Shown one piece after another: positions 60,065 to 64,000 of a DNA stretch of 64,000 bases. Below the pieces are notes generated by a model. The model was not told the origin of the DNA. It ran no database searches and was given only the letters and a program-made list of their open reading frames with translations. A program made the translations under genes and the position numbers. The stretch is from Nitrospirota bacterium. GTDB lineage: Bacteria; Nitrospirota; UBA9217. Positions within the stretch are counted from its first letter, which is position 1; every line of letters begins with the position of its first letter. Location: assembly GCA_963818475.1 (NCBI GenBank), contig CAWFSF010000006.1, positions 832,001 through 896,000 of the forward strand, in the 5' to 3' direction.

Positions 60065-60175
60065 TCCTATTGAAGTTGCTGAGATCGGTGAGTAGCTAAA
60101 GGAATTTACTAGAAATATTTTTTTTGAATTTTTGAAGAGTTTGGGATGTAACGGGCTACCTTAAGGAGGCAGGCT

Positions 60176-63100
60176 ATGTTCAGGCACGGAAAATCGAGAA
60201 TACTTGCGGTGGCAGCAGTTGCGGTCATGAGCGCGGTAATCTCCGTCACGGTCTTGGGTTCATCACCCTCGCCGGTGACGGTCAAGCTCACGCCTTCCCT
60301 GGTGTCGGTCGACACCTCGGCGTTGGCGCCGAAGCTGGCCCAGGCCGAAATGGACGCAGTCTGGCATCTCTTCGATCGGGACACGGACGCCGCCTACATC
60401 CCGATGGAAACGGCCCGGGTAACGGTAAACCTGCCGCAGTCGTCTGCCCTAAGCCAAGTCCGTGTTTATGGCGCGTCCTCGTATCAACTCAACCTGTACC
60501 GTGATAATAACGGCGCATGGGAGCCTGTGCCCTCCCTGACCGGCGTTGATCTCACGGTTCTGGGTGCGGCCTGGAACAGGTTGAATATCACGGAACCCTT
60601 TTCCACATCCCAGCTTTTGTTCGAATTCGTTCCGCAGGGGAACGTAACCGCCGGCCTGCGTGAGGTCGAGATCTGGGGTCCTGAGGCAGCGTCCGGGGAC
60701 AAGAGTTGGGAGTATGTGACGCTCGAAGGTATCCGTACACCTCAGGACATGGTCAATATACTAGCCCGCCCGGCTTCCCATATTCTGGAGTTCTCGGCCG
60801 CTCCCTCTGAATTGTCCGTACCCGAAGGAGGAACATCAGCCGTCGCCATCGGTCTCATTCAGAATCCCGCGTTGTTCAAACGCGCCTATATCCTCTATGA
60901 CGGCTACAATCTGGTCAGTTCGGTGAGCATCCAGCGCAGGATCAACAGCTTATCGTGGACCGGCGGTTTCGCGATTTCTCAGCCCGCGGACACCGTGCCT
61001 TCCTGGTCCTCTTACCTTGAAGAAATAAACCCGGCCTGGCTCGTTCAAGGAGAAAACAGGATCGAATTCCGGACAGCGAGCGGCACAGCAACCATCCGCG
61101 GTCTCAGGCTCATTGTCGAAACCGACAGCGGATGGAACCTCGTTTCAGCAGTAAGTGCAGCGGCTGTATATGACGGAGACACTTCGACTGCGTATACCAT
61201 TGCCGCGTCAGCAACCGACCCGTCGATTCAACTAAGTTTCGAACGCACGGTCCAGCCTGACATCCTGAAACTTCATAGCGCAGGTCCGATGAATCTGACC
61301 GCAGGACTGCAGTATCTGAACGGAGCAACGTGGCAGGATGTGAAAGCAGGCTGGCAGCTCAATCTTTCTACTCTCAAAGCCGGCTGGAACGATATAACTA
61401 TTCCCGGCAAGGTGACGACGCAGGCCCTTCGGTTGGTGTTTAATACAGCAAGCCTCAAGATAAAGCCCGGTGTGGGCCTCGGTGCGATCAACGAAGTGCG
61501 GGTGTCCGCGGCCCCTGTCGGCCCTGTCCCGGCTACTCCCCGGATCGTGATCAGCTATCCGCGCAACGGAGAATATTTCGGACGGACCGCATATATCCAA
61601 GGCTTTGCAACGCCCGCAGTTGATACGGCCGGTAATTCCGCCCGGTGCAGTGTCGAAGGCAAGGACGGCCAGCGAACGGTGCCGGACGGGTCTTTCAGCC
61701 TCTCCCTTACCAAGGACGAAACGCATTTCTACGACCAGGCGGACAACGATCCGTGGCAGCCGGTGGCGCAGTCGACATACGACGGCCAGATAGGCGCCAT
61801 GCAGAACATAGTCCTGAATAAAAATTCAGGGGTCCAGACAGATCCCGACCCAAACGGCGAGAGCAGGAAAAACGCGCCCTTTACCGATAACAGGGACCAT
61901 CACACGGAAAAAGTATCGCCCGGCCAGGCAAAGAAGATCCAGTACGGGGGCGTGACCCTCGACATTCCGCAGGGCGCAGTTGATCAGGACACGGACATTA
62001 CGATCGTTCCGTTGAATGAAACGGATCTTGCCCATTACGATCCGGGCATGATCAACGTCACCTATCCGGCAGCCGGTTACCGCTTCCTGCCTCACGGCAT
62101 GAAGTTCAAGAAGCCGATCAACATTTCGTTCGGATACGCGAAGCAGCTCTTTGTGGCAGGCCAGACCGACAACGACGTCAACATGTATTATTACGACGAG
62201 ACGCTGCTGCGATGGCAGCAGCTGAACCGCGTAAAAGCAGACCCGGCTACGTCCCAGGTCACGGCCCTGTCCGATCATTTTACCGACATCATCAACTCCA
62301 CCCTCGTGGTGCCCGAGCATCCGCAGGCATTGTCGTTCAACCCGAACTCGATCAAGGACATCAAGGCGGCCGATCCGACCGCCAATGTGAACCTCATCGA
62401 ACCGCCCCAGGCAAACAGCAGAGGCACGGCCAACCTGAGCTACCCCATCGAGGTGCCGCAGGGACGCAATAAGCTTCAGCCCAACCTTGCCGTTCAGTAC
62501 AACTCCTCGGGCGGAAACGGCTGGATGGGCATGGGCTGGGACCTCCCGATGCAGGCGATCACGGTCGATACCCGCTGGGGCGTCCCGCGCTACAGCTCGA
62601 GCAAGGAGACCGAGACCTATACAATCGACGGGGAACAGCTTTCGCCGGCCGCCCACCGCGGGCCCTTTGTAGATCGTGTCCTCGCGCAAAGAATTTTCCA
62701 TACCCGGGTGGAAGGTCAGTTCCGCAAGATCATCCGGCACGGGAGCTCTCCGTCCAGTTACTGGTGGGAGGTCATCGACAAGAACGGCACGCGCTATCTT
62801 TACGGCGGAACGAATGGTCCGACAACTGACGCCACTCTTAGAGACGAAAACGAAAATATTTTTATGTGGACACTCCGTGAAGTCCGGGACACGAACAACA
62901 ACTTCATACGCTATTATTATGCTCACGTGAAAGACCCCGGTTTTCCGGGCGGTCTCCCGGGGGAGAATCTCTACCTCCAGGGCATAACCTATACCGGCAA
63001 CGGGACAAAGGAAGGCCCCTACACCGTCACCTTCACGCGCGACCAGACGCGGATAGACAAACAGAGTGATGCGCGCGGCGGGTTCAAGCGAGTGACCGGC

Positions 63101-64000
63101 GATCTTCTGACCAAGATCGAAATCTATCTCGGCGGCACATACCAGGACGGCGAGGTGAAGGGCGGCAACTTCATCCGGAGCTACGAATTCGACTACAATC
63201 ACAACGCCTATGGCGACGGCAGTGAGGGCACGGCTTTTTATAAAACGCTCCTGACATCGATCAGTCAGTACGGAGCGAAGCACGGTCTCTTCAATAAGCA
63301 CGAGTTCACCTATTATGATGACGCGCGTAAACTCGATGGAACGTACAAGGGTTTTGCATCGACCGGATGGGATGCCAGGGGAAGCGGTACTATCACTGCC
63401 GGAGGGATTCCCGGGACCTGGGGCGCTGCGAGCGCGCTCGGCGGTGACACGAGCAACGGCGGGGGAGGTCATTTTCATCTTGGCCTCGGTATCGATACAG
63501 ACACAAGCACTAAAAATGTGACTATTGGTTTCAAAATCGGCTTCAACCAGACCGAAGGCGATGCGTTGGTCGCGATGGTGGACATAGACGGCGACGGTCT
63601 GCCCGACAAGGTGTACAACAATGGCGGCTATTTTTATCAGAAGAATATGTCCGGTCCGCATGGACCCGGCGCCAAGTTCGGTCCTCCTGTCTCGATCGGA
63701 ATCCCGGGTATCTCCCATCAGAGTGTGACCTCCACGACGTGGGGTGCTGAACTCTATATCTATGTGCCGATGATGTACGATCAGAACAGGGCCGAGACCG
63801 AGAACGATACTTACTTAATGGATGTGAACGGAGATGGACTTATCGACGTGGTGAAGGGGGGCATGGTTTACTTCAATCACATCGTGAATGAAGTTCCCGT
63901 TTTCGAATGGAACAGCGTGGCAACGCCGGTTCCGATCGGCAAAAGCGTGATCGACACAAATGGCCTCCTGCCGGACCGCAGTGCCGAGGAAGCCGAGCGT
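60176..64000 (+). CDS. Large exported SpvB/TcdB-type (RHS-like) protein, 3' end beyond the window
   Basis: Absent from the ORF track because no stop occurs in the window. AAGGAGG RBS, signal anchor, ZU5-like segment (GVTLDIPQGAV), SpvB-like PQGRNKLQPNLAVQYNSSGGNGWMGMGW in the start frame, and FG-GAP-like DIDGDGLPD and DVNGDGLID. Confidence 0.88.
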   Translation, partial: MFRHGKSRILAVAAVAVMSAVISVTVLGSSPSPVTVKLTPSLVSVDTSALAPKLAQAEMDAVWHLFDRDTDAAYIPMETARVTVNLPQSSALSQVRVYGASSYQLNLYRDNNGAWEPVPSLTGVDLTVLGAAWNRLNITEPFSTSQLLFEFVPQGNVTAGLREVEIWGPEAASGDKSWEYVTLEGIRTPQDMVNILARPASHILEFSAAPSELSVPEGGTSAVAIGLIQNPALFKRAYILYDGYNLVSSVSIQRRINSLSWTGGFAISQPADTVPSWSSYLEEINPAWLVQGENRIEFRTASGTATIRGLRLIVETDSGWNLVSAVSAAAVYDGDTSTAYTIAASATDPSIQLSFERTVQPDILKLHSAGPMNLTAGLQYLNGATWQDVKAGWQLNLSTLKAGWNDITIPGKVTTQALRLVFNTASLKIKPGVGLGAINEVRVSAAPVGPVPATPRIVISYPRNGEYFGRTAYIQGFATPAVDTAGNSARCSVEGKDGQRTVPDGSFSLSLTKDETHFYDQADNDPWQPVAQSTYDGQIGAMQNIVLNKNSGVQTDPDPNGESRKNAPFTDNRDHHTEKVSPGQAKKIQYGGVTLDIPQGAVDQDTDITIVPLNETDLAHYDPGMINVTYPAAGYRFLPHGMKFKKPINISFGYAKQLFVAGQTDNDVNMYYYDETLLRWQQLNRVKADPATSQVTALSDHFTDIINSTLVVPEHPQALSFNPNSIKDIKAADPTANVNLIEPPQANSRGTANLSYPIEVPQGRNKLQPNLAVQYNSSGGNGWMGMGWDLPMQAITVDTRWGVPRYSSSKETETYTIDGEQLSPAAHRGPFVDRVLAQRIFHTRVEGQFRKIIRHGSSPSSYWWEVIDKNGTRYLYGGTNGPTTDATLRDENENIFMWTLREVRDTNNNFIRYYYAHVKDPGFPGGLPGENLYLQGITYTGNGTKEGPYTVTFTRDQTRIDKQSDARGGFKRVTGDLLTKIEIYLGGTYQDGEVKGGNFIRSYEFDYNHNAYGDGSEGTAFYKTLLTSISQYGAKHGLFNKHEFTYYDDARKLDGTYKGFASTGWDARGSGTITAGGIPGTWGAASALGGDTSNGGGGHFHLGLGIDTDTSTKNVTIGFKIGFNQTEGDALVAMVDIDGDGLPDKVYNNGGYFYQKNMSGPHGPGAKFGPPVSIGIPGISHQSVTSTTWGAELYIYVPMMYDQNRAETENDTYLMDVNGDGLIDVVKGGMVYFNHIVNEVPVFEWNSVATPVPIGKSVIDTNGLLPDRSAEEAER

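Noticed and set aside
61826-63718. 630-aa minus-strand ORF (and similar long antisense ORFs at 44390-45841, 52871-54073 and 31406-32626)
   Set aside because: Shadows of GC-rich plus-strand genes, with no recognisable motifs.

Overview
Bacterial chromosome segment whose gene content resembles Nitrospirota/Desulfobacterota (inference). 1-20.5 kb is mostly core genes: sodC, gcvT, mtnA, a formyltransferase, truC, three sensor kinases (two lack the phosphoacceptor His), a cupredoxin and a PilMNOP-secretin-pseudopilin cluster. 20.7-64 kb is an accessory region. It opens with an operon for a TonB-dependent receptor, a 31-aa Cys-Cys peptide missing from the ORF track, a geopeptide-type radical SAM/SPASM maturase, a periplasmic binding protein, a HisKA_3 kinase and a NarL-family regulator. 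Six copies of a 20-bp lux-box-like palindrome (ACCTGTC-N6-GACAGGT) each abut GTGACA-17 bp-TA(T/C)AAT and head this operon plus five cargo units. A LuxR with a quorum-sensing-type HTH but no autoinducer-binding core lies at 54.4 kb. Together these suggest a peptide-signalled circuit wired through a ligand-free LuxR (hypothesis). Also present: a group II intron inserted in a REP-like palindrome (with an empty copy of the site and a double 3'-end intron scar), an IS110, PIN and TIR genes, a four-helix-bundle gene in heptamer arrays, LysE duplications, surface lipoproteins, and a large SpvB/TcdB-type gene running off the end. Six frameshifts, each repairable by removing one base, look like sequencing errors.
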